A DNA stretch of 64,000 nucleotides from Thermodesulfobacteriota bacterium (lineage in GTDB: Bacteria; Desulfobacterota; Desulfobulbia; Desulfobulbales; SURF-16): assembly GCA_040755455.1 (NCBI GenBank), contig JBFMAY010000017.1, positions 10,580 to 74,579 on the forward strand, given 5' to 3'. Under the pieces are notes generated by a model. The model did not search any database. It saw only the letters and a program-made list of their open reading frames with translations, and had not been told where the DNA came from. Positions 22,238 through 31,723 of the stretch are shown in pieces. Both the position numbers and the translations under genes were made by a program. The stretch's first letter is position 1, and each line of letters starts with the position of its first letter.

Positions 22238-22705
22238 ATGGCAAAATATTTTGAAGGAAATTTCCAGGCTGAAGGGAAAAAAATCGGCATCGTGCTGGCC
22301 CGTTTTAACTCATTTATCGCGGAGCGGCTGCTGGAGGGAGCCCTTGACACCCTGTCGCGTTTTGGTGCCGCAGAGGGTGACATCGAGGTCGCCAGGGTGC
22401 CGGGGGCATTTGAAATACCCCTGGTTGCCCAGAAAATGGCGAAATCAGGACGCTATGATGCGGTGATCTGTCTCGGCGCCGTCATCCGCGGGGCGACGCC
22501 GCATTTTGATTTTGTGGCAAACGAGGCAGCCAAGGGGATCGCCCAGGCCAGCATGGAGAGCGGGGTGCCCATTATCTTCGGCGTGCTTACCACCGATACC
22601 ATCGAACAGGCCATTGAGCGGGCCGGGTCTAAGGCCGGCAATAAAGGTTCCGAATGCGCGGCCGCCGCCATCGAGATGGTGAACCTGCTAAAAAGCCTCT
22701 TATGA
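22238..22705 (+). CDS. ribH: lumazine synthase
   Basis: [19 protein letters not shown]. Confidence 0.96.
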   Translation: MAKYFEGNFQAEGKKIGIVLARFNSFIAERLLEGALDTLSRFGAAEGDIEVARVPGAFEIPLVAQKMAKSGRYDAVICLGAVIRGATPHFDFVANEAAKGIAQASMESGVPIIFGVLTTDTIEQAIERAGSKAGNKGSECAAAAIEMVNLLKSLL

Positions 22706-23109
22706 GTATCCGGCGGAAATCCAGGGAACTCGCCCTGCAATGTCTCTATCAGATTGATCAGAGCGGCAACAGCCAGGCGGATATTGCCTGCATGAGCGAA
22801 CATTTTGATGTGAACAGAAAGGCGGTTCCCTATGCCCAGGAACTGATCAGCGGCATTCAGTTGCAATGGGATGCGTTAAACAGCATGATCGAACTCCATG
22901 CCAAAAACTGGCGCTTGAGCCGCATGGCGGTCATTGACCGCAACATTCTCCGGATCGCAAGCTTCGAACTGGCCCATATGCCTGATGTCCCGTCATCCGT
23001 GATTCTCAACGAGGCAATTGAGATTGCCAAACGTTTCAGCACCGATGATGCCGCCCCCTTCATCAACGGCATTCTCGACTCCATCTGCCGCAGTGTAAGG
23101 AAGGAATAA
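22702..23109 (+). CDS. nusB: transcription antitermination factor NusB
   Basis: [35 protein letters not shown] overlap with ribH stop. Confidence 0.94.
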   Translation: MSIRRKSRELALQCLYQIDQSGNSQADIACMSEHFDVNRKAVPYAQELISGIQLQWDALNSMIELHAKNWRLSRMAVIDRNILRIASFELAHMPDVPSSVILNEAIEIAKRFSTDDAAPFINGILDSICRSVRKE

Positions 23110-23156
23110 GTCAGAAAATTGCAATCGGCCTCGGTGAACTCTCTTCCGGCTAAGCT

Positions 23157-25301
23157 ATGGTAAAAGCCACAACAAATCAAACTTCCCAGCCCACTCTCGT
23201 GCAAGAGGTTGCCGCTGTTCTAGCCATGGTTACCGGCCTTTTTTTGCTCCTGTCCTTTGTCAGTTTCACCCCGCCGGCCGAGCCGTTTTCTCCTGCCGCA
23301 ACCTCCAACTGGTGCGGCAGTGTGGGCAATTTTCTGGCAACGCTGTTCATGAGTTTTCTCGGTCTCAGCTCCTTCTGGTTGCCGGTACTGTTGTTCTTTT
23401 TCGGTGTTGCGATTTTTTTCGGCAGATTCTCCATCCAGCGTTTACCCATAATCTGCGGCGGGTGTACCGGCCTGCTCATGGCCAGCAGCGCCCTTTTCGC
23501 CTCTCTTTCCTGGCATACCCTGACCATGTTCGGGCACAGTTATCCCATTGCCGGCCGGCTGGGGGATATCCTCTTCGGGGTGACCAGCACCTATTTCGGC
23601 TGGGTAGGCGCCTTTCTCTTTTACTGCACCATCATGCTGCTTTCCCTGATGGCTACCGTGCGTTTTTCCCCCTTCTTTGTGGGGAAAAGTGTTGTGCAGA
23701 CATGCGGTAATCTCAACCAGAGACTCAAGCAGCGCAAACAGCTGAAGACAATGGAGGAAAAGCCGGCCGCAAACGGCAACTCCCGAGGCCGGAGCGATGA
23801 GTCCGCGGAACTGCAGCTTGCCATTCCGCAACTGCACGAACCGGTGGCCATAAAAAGCGTCACCACCAAGGAAGAATTTCAGCCTCTTCCCGTTCAATCA
23901 GGCAACTATCAGCTGCCTAGCCTCTCGCTGCTCGATAATCCGAAAGAGGATGCGGTGGTCATTGAACGGGAGCATTATCTGGCCGTCAGTCGCACCCTTG
24001 AAAGCAAACTGGCCGATTTCGGCGTCAAGGGCAACGTCACGGGTATTTCTCCAGGTCCGGTGATCACCACCTATGAATTCGCCCCTGCCCCGGGGGTAAA
24101 GATCAACCGGATCGTTTCCCTGGCGGACGACCTCGCCCTGGGCCTTCAGGCGGAAAGCGTGCGCATCATCGGCTCCATTCCCGGCAAGGCGGCAGTGGGC
24201 ATAGAGATTCCCAATCCCCGCCGCAAAACGGTTACCATCCGCGAAATTCTGGCCACGGAAAAGTTCCAGAAGGCCGAATCCAAGCTGACCATCGGCCTCG
24301 GCATGGATGTGGTCGGGCGGCCGGTGTGCGCCGATTTGACGAGAATGCCCCATCTGCTCATTGCCGGGGCCACCGGGGCGGGCAAAAGCGTGGCCATCAA
24401 CGCCATTATCTGCAGTATATTATTCAAAGCGACCCCGGATGAGGTGCGCCTGCTCATGGTTGATCCCAAACGCATCGAACTCTCCAGCTATGAGGCGATT
24501 CCCCATCTGCTTCATCCGGTGGTGGTCGATCCGAAGATGGCCAGCCGCGCCCTGCAGTGGGCCGTCAGGGAGATGGAGCGCCGCTACATCCTCATGGAGG
24601 CGATGCGGGTCAAGGGCTTTGCCAGCTATAACGAAATCGCCGAGGAAAAACTCCCATATATCGTCATCATCATCGATGAACTGGCCGACCTGATGATGGT
24701 TTCCTCCAATGAGGTGGAAACTGCCGTGGCCCGCCTGGCCCAGATGGCCAGGGCGGCCGGCATGCATCTCATCCTGGCCACCCAGCGGCCCTCCGTTGAT
24801 GTCCTCACCGGGCTGATCAAGGCAAATTTCCCCACCCGGATGTCTTTCAAGGTCTCTTCCAAGATCGATTCCCGCACCATTCTTGACACCAGCGGCGCGG
24901 AACATCTCCTCGGCGCAGGAGATATGCTCTTTCTGCCGCCGGGCACGGCCCGGCTCCAGCGTATCCACGGCGCATATATTTCCGAGCATGAATCCGAGCG
25001 TATTGTCAATTTTCTCAAACAGCAGGGCAGCGCCCGTTATGATGAATCCGTCATCCAGAGTGTGGAAAAGGAGGAGGAAGCCCTGGACGGGGAGCTGGAC
25101 GGAGACCTGGACGAGAAATATGATGAGGCGGTGGCCATCGTCTGTGAAACCGGCCAGGCCTCCATTTCCATGATCCAACGCCGCCTGCGGGTGGGCTACA
25201 ACCGGGCGGCCCGCATGATAGAAACCATGGAAAGGGAAGGGGTCATCGGCCCGGCGGACGGGGCAAAACCCAGGGAAGTTCTGGCCCGCAAGAATTATTG
25301 A
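23157..25301 (+). CDS. ftsK: DNA translocase FtsK
   Basis: N-terminal TM segments; PHLLIAGATGAGKS, IIDELADLM, gamma domain VGYNRAAR. Confidence 0.96.
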   Translation: MVKATTNQTSQPTLVQEVAAVLAMVTGLFLLLSFVSFTPPAEPFSPAATSNWCGSVGNFLATLFMSFLGLSSFWLPVLLFFFGVAIFFGRFSIQRLPIICGGCTGLLMASSALFASLSWHTLTMFGHSYPIAGRLGDILFGVTSTYFGWVGAFLFYCTIMLLSLMATVRFSPFFVGKSVVQTCGNLNQRLKQRKQLKTMEEKPAANGNSRGRSDESAELQLAIPQLHEPVAIKSVTTKEEFQPLPVQSGNYQLPSLSLLDNPKEDAVVIEREHYLAVSRTLESKLADFGVKGNVTGISPGPVITTYEFAPAPGVKINRIVSLADDLALGLQAESVRIIGSIPGKAAVGIEIPNPRRKTVTIREILATEKFQKAESKLTIGLGMDVVGRPVCADLTRMPHLLIAGATGAGKSVAINAIICSILFKATPDEVRLLMVDPKRIELSSYEAIPHLLHPVVVDPKMASRALQWAVREMERRYILMEAMRVKGFASYNEIAEEKLPYIVIIIDELADLMMVSSNEVETAVARLAQMARAAGMHLILATQRPSVDVLTGLIKANFPTRMSFKVSSKIDSRTILDTSGAEHLLGAGDMLFLPPGTARLQRIHGAYISEHESERIVNFLKQQGSARYDESVIQSVEKEEEALDGELDGDLDEKYDEAVAIVCETGQASISMIQRRLRVGYNRAARMIETMEREGVIGPADGAKPREVLARKNY

Positions 25302-26107
25302 TAGAGCACAATCCTCCGCTGCCTTTCCCCATGCCGCAAGCATCCATCGATATCACCACTGACGGACACGTGCACAGCCGGCTCTGCCATCATGCCAGGG
25401 GCGAGATGGAGGAGTATGTGCAGGCCGCGGTTGCCGCAGGGCTCAAAAAAATCATCTTTCTGGAGCATTATGAGACAGGCATCGACTACTTTGAGTCAAC
25501 CTGGCTGACCGAAGCGGATTTTGTTTATTATCATGGGGAAGGCAGGCGGCTGGCGGACAAGTATCAGGGGGAAATCGCCATAGGCACCGGGGTCGAGGTG
25601 GGCGTTAACCCGGACCATCTGCAGGCAACGGTGGATTTTCTCGGCAAATTCAATTGGGACCGCATCGGCCTCTCCTATCATTACCTGAAAACGGATGAGG
25701 GCCATGTCAATATGGTGAGCCGCAGGCCGGCAAGCATTGCCCTGATGGAAAAAATCGGGGTGGAGAAGGTGGCGGACGCCTATTTTGAGGGGCTCACAAA
25801 GGCCCTGGCGGTGATCCCGGCGGATGTGGTCTGCCATCTTGATGCGGTGATGCGCCATTGCCCCTCATTCACCTTGACTGAAGAGCATTTCGCCAGGATG
25901 GGTGAAATGCTGGCCCTGATGCGGGAGAAAGATATCGCCCTTGAGGTGAACACCTCGGGTTTTGTCCTGCGGGGTGAACCTTTCCCGTCAAGCAGGGTGG
26001 TCAAAGAGGCGCAACAGCTGGGGATCAGACTGGTGGCCGGCTCCGATGCCCACCGTCCCCAAGATGTGGGGCGGTATTTTGATTGGCTGCCGGGGTTGGT
26101 TAGATAA
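25298..26107 (+). CDS. PHP-family hydrolase (histidinol-phosphatase HisJ-like)
   Basis: DGHVHS, EVNTSG, GSDAH. Confidence 0.85.
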   Translation: MIEHNPPLPFPMPQASIDITTDGHVHSRLCHHARGEMEEYVQAAVAAGLKKIIFLEHYETGIDYFESTWLTEADFVYYHGEGRRLADKYQGEIAIGTGVEVGVNPDHLQATVDFLGKFNWDRIGLSYHYLKTDEGHVNMVSRRPASIALMEKIGVEKVADAYFEGLTKALAVIPADVVCHLDAVMRHCPSFTLTEEHFARMGEMLALMREKDIALEVNTSGFVLRGEPFPSSRVVKEAQQLGIRLVAGSDAHRPQDVGRYFDWLPGLVR

Positions 26108-26127
26108 TAAGGTTGTTAGGTATATAA

Positions 26128-26526
26128 ATGACTAAAGAGCAAATTTTGATCACGGTAGTATCTTCTCTATCTTCTGGGCTATTAGGCGTTCTGATTTCGT
26201 CATGGTTTTATGCGAGATTTGAGAAGCGCAAAATGAAAACTGAGACTGCTAGGAAGCTATTTGCTAATCGACACGACATGCATGGTCCGGGATTTCATGA
26301 GGCAATGAATGAAATTATGATCGTGTTCTCTGGCAATCAGAAAGTCATCAATTTGATTGAAGATCTTTTTAAAACGATAGAGACACCGCGTCAGGCGCGT
26401 CCCGATAAAGCAGCTGACGAAGCCTTAATCAAGCTAATGAAGGCAATTTGCAAAGATATAGGTATTGAGTACAAGACTTTGCCAGATTCCTACTATTTGA
26501 ATTTTTTTAGCATGCCAAGGCAATAA
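26128..26526 (+). CDS. cassette-encoded hypothetical protein with N-terminal TM helix
   Basis: 132-aa AT-rich ORF; hydrophobic N-terminus. Confidence 0.75.
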   Translation: MTKEQILITVVSSLSSGLLGVLISSWFYARFEKRKMKTETARKLFANRHDMHGPGFHEAMNEIMIVFSGNQKVINLIEDLFKTIETPRQARPDKAADEALIKLMKAICKDIGIEYKTLPDSYYLNFFSMPRQ

Positions 26527-26598
26527 TCATAACTAGCATATCGAATTCGCTTCCTACGGTCGTTGGACGCTCGCAAGCTCGCGCTGTTTATGTGTAAG
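26527..26598 (+). other. attC recombination site
   Basis: R'' TCATAAC, 5 nt, L'' TATCGAAT (extra C at position 4), central hairpins, L' GTTTATG, 5 nt, G of R'. Confidence 0.75.
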
Positions 26599-26991
26599 TC
26601 ACTCCACCTGAATAACCAGCGGAATAATGTGCAGGGCGCTGGAAACGGACTTGGTGCTGGTCAGTGACCACTTTTTGCAGTTCAGCTGCCCTTCAAGAAG
26701 TTTGTTGATGTCGGCCACCAGACCCTTGATGTTGATCACCGGATGGCGGGAAAAGACCTCCGGCAGGCCATAGGTCAGATTGCAGGCAAGACATTTGCCC
26801 GGCCGCTGGATGAGATGAAGGGCAAAATGGAGTTCCTTGTTCTCGGACCGGTACCCGCTGAATTTCAGAGAGATATCATAGGCGCCTTCCGAGGCGTCAC
26901 CGAACAGGGCATCAAAAAAATCATTGGCCCGCCCGGCAGGGAAGAGTTTCTGGAGCGCATCATCTGTGAAAATATCGTGCAAATCAGCCAT
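26599..26991 (-). CDS. hypothetical protein with CxxC motif
   Basis: GAGGAGG RBS; RPGKCLACNLTYGLPEVFSRHP. Confidence 0.75.
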   Translation of the reverse strand: MADLHDIFTDDALQKLFPAGRANDFFDALFGDASEGAYDISLKFSGYRSENKELHFALHLIQRPGKCLACNLTYGLPEVFSRHPVINIKGLVADINKLLEGQLNCKKWSLTSTKSVSSALHIIPLVIQVE

Positions 26992-27108
26992 TTTCAGAAA
27001 ACCTCCTCACTGTATGCATGTATCTAGCAATTGAATATCATTTGTGATTTGCTATACTACTTTTTTTAAAAGTTCAGGTCAAAACAAAAAATTATATAGT
27101 TCATAACT

Positions 27109-29367
27109 ATGAAACAGACAAGTCTTTTCCCCCTTAACAAATTTTCCGACGGCAAGCCGCAGTCACGTATCGGGCCAAACGATCTGAATCCCGCCCAGTT
27201 TGAGGCAGTGCAAACGATCAACGGGCCGGTGCTGGTCATTGCCGGGGCCGGCAGCGGCAAGACCCGCACCCTGGTTTACCGGCTGGTCCATATGGTGGAG
27301 CAGGGGATTACCCCGGATAATATTCTGCTGCTCACCTTTACCCGCAAGGCCGCGCAGCAGATGGTGGGCCGGGCGGCAACCCTGCTTGATGACACCTGCC
27401 AGCGAGTCATGGGGGGCACCTTCCATGCCGTGGCCAACCTGCTGCTGCGCCGCTACGGGCACCATGTGGGATATGCGCCAAACTTCACCATTCTCGACAG
27501 GGCCGATGCCGAGGGGATTGTCAATCTTATCAGGTCATCCCTTGATTTAAGCGGAGCCGGCAAACGGTTTCCCTCCAAACGGGTGATCCTGAACATCATC
27601 AGCGGCTCAGTCAACAAATCGCATCCCCTGGAGGAACTTGTCAGCAGCCAGTACTTCCATCTGGCTGAATTCATGGATGACCTGCTCCGTATCCGCAAAC
27701 ATTACCAGCAGTTCAAGCGCGATCACGGCCTGATGGATTATGACGATCTGCTGGTCAATTTCCGCGATGTGCTGGCTGAGCAGGAGCAGGTCCGCCGGGA
27801 GATCTCCGCCCGTTTCCGGTATGTGATGGTGGACGAATATCAGGATACCAACAGGATTCAGGCCCAGATCGTGCGGCTCATCACCTCAAGTCATAACAAT
27901 GTCATGGTGGTTGGCGATGACAGCCAGTCCATTTACAGTTTCCGCGGCGCTGATTTCAGAAACATCATGGATTTCCCGAAAATTTACCCAGGCACCAAGA
28001 TTATCCGGCTGGAGGAGAATTACCGGAGCACCCAGAAAATTCTGGAAACAACCAACGCCATTATCGAACAGGCCCAGGAAAGATACCCCAAAAAGCTGTT
28101 CAGCAATATCGCGGAAGGAGACAGACCCTCACTCTTTGCCGCCCGGGACGAAGGAGAACAGGCCAGATATGTGGCCAAAAAAATAGATGAACTCCATCGG
28201 CAGGGCACTCCCTATCACGAGATGGCTGTCCTGTTCCGCGCCGGGTTCCATTCCTTCAAACTGGAGCTTGAGCTGGCCAGCGGCCAGATTGCCTTTGAAA
28301 AATGGGGCGGGTTGAAGCTTACGGAAACGGCCCATGTCAAGGATGTCATTTCCTATCTGCGGCTGATTGCCAACATGCGGGACAGCCTGTCCTGGCACAG
28401 GGTCCTGCTGCATCTGCCCAAGGTCGGGCCGAAAACCGCCCAGAAGATCGTGACAACGGTGAGCGATGCTGAAGATCCCCTTGCCGCCTTGAGCAGGTAT
28501 CCCACGGCCCCGGCCTGGAAAAACGAATTCAGCGAGCTTGTGCGCATGCTCTATGACTTGGGCAACAGGCTGACCCCGCTTGCCCAGTTTGAAAGGATCA
28601 TGGAGTATTATCAACCGGTTTTCGAGCGCCTTTACCATGATGATTTTCCCAGCCGCGCACGGGATCTGGAACAGTTCAAAACGATTATTGGTGATTACAA
28701 GACGCTGCAGGACTTTCTTGACGATGCCTCCCTTGATCCGCCGGAGCTGACGGCGGACCCCTTGGCCGGGTCAGACAGCAAGACCCTTGTTCTTTCCACC
28801 ATCCACTCGGCAAAAGGGCTGGAATGGGACACGGTTTTCATCATCGATCTGGCGGACGGCAAATTCCCGTCGGCCCATTCCAGCCCCTTTCCGGATCAGT
28901 ATGAAGAGGAGAGGCGTCTGCTTTATGTGGCGGCAACCAGGGCCAAATCACGTCTTTTCCTCTCCTATCCACGGGAAAGCATCTCCCCTGACCGATCACG
29001 CCACTATTGCACCATTTCCCCCTTCCTGGCCAAGCTGCCGGCAGGGCTGATCAATAATGTCAGCCCGGGAAGCGGCGGTTTCAGCGGCTATGGCGCGCCT
29101 GCCATGCGGTTTTCCCATCAGGAAAGGCTTAAAGGGGATAGCTTTTCCTGTGGGAAAACGGCCAAGGTTGAACAGACGGAGACCTCTCCCGGCACGGGTA
29201 AAATCACCTCCACCCGGATGCTCACACCGGGGATGGCCGTAAAACACGGTTTCTTCGGCCACGGCCAGATCAGAAAAATAACAGGAGAAAAGACTGTGGA
29301 CGTTTTTTTCCCCCGCCACGGGATGAAAACACTCAGGCTTGACTATGCCAAACTGGAACTTGCCTGA
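27109..29367 (+). CDS. UvrD/PcrA/Rep-family helicase
   Basis: AGAGSGKT, VDEYQDTN, STIHSAKGLEW, EERRLLYVAATRA. Confidence 0.93.
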   Translation: MKQTSLFPLNKFSDGKPQSRIGPNDLNPAQFEAVQTINGPVLVIAGAGSGKTRTLVYRLVHMVEQGITPDNILLLTFTRKAAQQMVGRAATLLDDTCQRVMGGTFHAVANLLLRRYGHHVGYAPNFTILDRADAEGIVNLIRSSLDLSGAGKRFPSKRVILNIISGSVNKSHPLEELVSSQYFHLAEFMDDLLRIRKHYQQFKRDHGLMDYDDLLVNFRDVLAEQEQVRREISARFRYVMVDEYQDTNRIQAQIVRLITSSHNNVMVVGDDSQSIYSFRGADFRNIMDFPKIYPGTKIIRLEENYRSTQKILETTNAIIEQAQERYPKKLFSNIAEGDRPSLFAARDEGEQARYVAKKIDELHRQGTPYHEMAVLFRAGFHSFKLELELASGQIAFEKWGGLKLTETAHVKDVISYLRLIANMRDSLSWHRVLLHLPKVGPKTAQKIVTTVSDAEDPLAALSRYPTAPAWKNEFSELVRMLYDLGNRLTPLAQFERIMEYYQPVFERLYHDDFPSRARDLEQFKTIIGDYKTLQDFLDDASLDPPELTADPLAGSDSKTLVLSTIHSAKGLEWDTVFIIDLADGKFPSAHSSPFPDQYEEERRLLYVAATRAKSRLFLSYPRESISPDRSRHYCTISPFLAKLPAGLINNVSPGSGGFSGYGAPAMRFSHQERLKGDSFSCGKTAKVEQTETSPGTGKITSTRMLTPGMAVKHGFFGHGQIRKITGEKTVDVFFPRHGMKTLRLDYAKLELA

Positions 29368-29381
29368 ACTATTCATGAAAA

Positions 29382-29424
29382 TTAATCATTATCTAACAGG
29401 TTCCTAACAAGACCGGGTTATCTT
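29382..29424 (+). promoter_or_regulatory. candidate OmpR/PhoB-type tandem site with -10 element
   Basis: TTAATC (29382), CTAACA (29393), CTAACA (29404) at 11-bp spacing, then TATCTT (29419). Confidence 0.4.
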
Positions 29425-29449
29425 CTTTTGAAAAATAAGGAGGATAGCC

Positions 29450-29665
29450 ATGATTTGTCATTATCTGTCGATTTATTCGCGCAATGAGTTCCGTTGGCAG
29501 GTTGCCTCATGTTCTGCCAGACAGGAAAATTACATCCCGAGCATTGCTGATCTGGAGGATCTCTGCCATCAGGACCATGGCAGATGCCCATTTTTCGTCT
29601 CGACCAGCAAACAGGTTGCCGGCAAAATGGAGAGACTTTCTCCCACTTCCTTTCCCTCCTGCTGA
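29450..29665 (+). CDS. small Cys/His-containing hypothetical protein
   Basis: AAGGAGG RBS; C..C..YIPS..C..H..CP pattern. Confidence 0.6.
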   Translation: MICHYLSIYSRNEFRWQVASCSARQENYIPSIADLEDLCHQDHGRCPFFVSTSKQVAGKMERLSPTSFPSC

Positions 29666-29787
29666 ACGGGAAGGGGAATGGCCTGAATTTCCGCAATAAA
29701 TGAGCGCGGCCTGTTGCGGCAGTTGCAGGTTGTCTCGGGTTCTGTTATTTATATGAAATCCTTACCGCTGCAGCATGCCATCCGGCG

Positions 29788-29860
29788 GTAGGAGCGGGCC
29801 ATGCCCGCGACCTTCGGCGTTTCGGGAACATTGTTTATCGCGGGCATGGCCCGCTCCTAC
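29788..29860. repeat. GTAG-type REP doublet (REPIN-like)
   Basis: GTAGGAGCGGGCCATGCCCGCGA (29788-29810) and its exact reverse complement (29838-29860). Confidence 0.85.
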
Positions 29861-29961
29861 CCTGCGAGACATTATTCGGTGTTCCCGCTTGCGGAGATGA
29901 GGGTTAGCGGCTTGATAAATCGGAAATTCTCCTTCCCCCTCTTTTTCGCAGGAAGCAGCGT

Positions 29962-31308
29962 ATGCAATACCAGGAGGCCTGGTCTTATCTGGACCAGTTG
30001 CAGTTTTTCAAGATCAAGCTCGGCCTTGACAGTATGGCCGCCTTTCTTGAAGGTGTGGATCATCCCCAGCGGGATCTGCGATTTATCCATGTGGCCGGCA
30101 CCAACGGCAAGGGTTCCGTCTCCGTTACCCTGCTGACCCTTTTGCACGAGGCCGGCTACCAGGTCGGGCTTTACACCTCTCCCCATCTCATGTCGGTACG
30201 GGAACGTTTCCGTATCAATGACCGCTTTATCTCCGAAGATGAGTTTGCCGAAACAGCAACCATCATCCGTGACAGTCTCGGCGGGCGGCAGATCACCTAT
30301 TTTGAATTCACCACCGCCCTGGCCCTGCTCTGGTTTGCCAGCCAAAAGGTGGATATCGTCATCCTTGAGGTGGGGCTTGGCGGCAGGCTTGACGCCACCA
30401 ATGTCATTACCCCGCTGGTCAGCATCATTACCAATGTATCAATGGATCATGAGGCCCATCTCGGCACAACCCTTGCCCAGATTGCCGCGGAAAAGGCCGG
30501 GATTGTGAAAAAAAATATTCCCGTGGTCACAGGAGTTGCGGCGGATGAGAGCCTGGCTGTGGTCAGCCGGACCTGTCTGGCGCAAGAGGCCCCATTTTAC
30601 CTTTTGGGCCGTGACTTCAAAGTCAACAGGCATGATGACGGCACCTGGGATTATCAGGGGCCCGGCGGCAGAGTGAGAGTCAATCTGCCCCTGCGGATGA
30701 AAGGCGGCCATCAGTTTGACAATGCGGCCATCGCCCTGGCCGCCCTTGACTTGCTGCCGCACCATGGATTTGTCGTAAGCGAGGACACTATCCGGTCAGC
30801 GCTGGCCAAGGTGCGCTGGCCGGGACGTCTGGAATATTTCTGTCTTGACAGCGCATGCGGCAGGACGGTTGCCTGTCCTGGCGATCCCCTGTCGCCGGGC
30901 AATAAGAATCTGCGCCGTTATCTGCTTGACGGGGCACATAACCCGGCCGGTATTTTATCACTCACCCGGAGCCTTGAGGCGGATTTCGTCTACAGAAGAC
31001 TTGTCTGCGTCTGGGCAAGCATGGCTGATAAGGACATTGCCACAACCCTGAACGCCATTGCCCCATATTGTCATTGCCTCATATTCACCCGTCCGGAGTC
31101 GGAGCGGTCGGCAACCGCTGAACAACTGAGGGGTTTTCTCCCTGATGCACTCCAAGAGCGCTCCATTGCCAGCGCCTCTGTTGCCGACGCCCTCTCTTGC
31201 GCGGCAAGAGAGGCCGGTCCTGAGGACCTGATCTGCGTGGCCGGTTCTCTTTATCTGGTCGGGGCGGCGAGGAAGATTCTCCTCGGTGAAATCGTTGATG
31301 AGCACTGA
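29962..31308 (+). CDS. folC: folylpolyglutamate/dihydrofolate synthase
   Basis: HVAGTNGKGS, EVGLGGRLDATNV, DGAHNP, GSLYLVG. Confidence 0.95.
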   Translation: MQYQEAWSYLDQLQFFKIKLGLDSMAAFLEGVDHPQRDLRFIHVAGTNGKGSVSVTLLTLLHEAGYQVGLYTSPHLMSVRERFRINDRFISEDEFAETATIIRDSLGGRQITYFEFTTALALLWFASQKVDIVILEVGLGGRLDATNVITPLVSIITNVSMDHEAHLGTTLAQIAAEKAGIVKKNIPVVTGVAADESLAVVSRTCLAQEAPFYLLGRDFKVNRHDDGTWDYQGPGGRVRVNLPLRMKGGHQFDNAAIALAALDLLPHHGFVVSEDTIRSALAKVRWPGRLEYFCLDSACGRTVACPGDPLSPGNKNLRRYLLDGAHNPAGILSLTRSLEADFVYRRLVCVWASMADKDIATTLNAIAPYCHCLIFTRPESERSATAEQLRGFLPDALQERSIASASVADALSCAAREAGPEDLICVAGSLYLVGAARKILLGEIVDEH

Positions 31309-31320
31309 GCAGGGAACTGA

Positions 31321-31635
31321 GTGATGATGATTGAGGATTTCGCATTTGTCGGGGTAGATGAGCAGGTCATCAAAAAAGAAAAGGCCAAGGCCAGGGACCT
31401 GCGCAAGACATCCTGGTGGAACAATAAAATCGCTGCGGGCATCTGCCATTATTGCGGCAAGAAATTCCCGGCAAAAGAACTGACCATGGATCATCTGATT
31501 CCCCTGGCCCGTGGGGGAACCAGCAGCAAAGGCAACATCGTTGCCGCCTGCAAGGAGTGCAATACCAGGAAAAAGACCCTGCTGCCGCTGGAGTGGGAGG
31601 AGTATATGGCCACTCTTGACCGGCATGAGCGGTGA
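31321..31635 (+). CDS. small HNH endonuclease-family protein
   Basis: CHYC...DHLIPLARGG...NIVAACKECN. Confidence 0.85.
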   Translation: MMMIEDFAFVGVDEQVIKKEKAKARDLRKTSWWNNKIAAGICHYCGKKFPAKELTMDHLIPLARGGTSSKGNIVAACKECNTRKKTLLPLEWEEYMATLDRHER

Positions 31636-31723
31636 AGGCGCAGGCAGCAGGTAGCCGCGGCAGAAAAAAATCAGCCGGCCTTTGGCGGTATTCCGGCCGC
31701 GGCCGGCCTTAACTCAGCCTGGC

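Larger units (their letters stand above)
26116..26598 (+). mobile_element. solitary integron gene cassette
   Basis: core site G|TTAGGT at 26115-26121 just upstream of the ATG; AT-rich ORF with no room for a promoter; attC after the stop codon. Confidence 0.75.

Noticed and set aside
24420..25343. Long antisense ORFs (307 aa opposite ftsK; also 42167-43066 and 34507-35232)
   Set aside because: Shadow frames of GC-rich genes, with no motifs.
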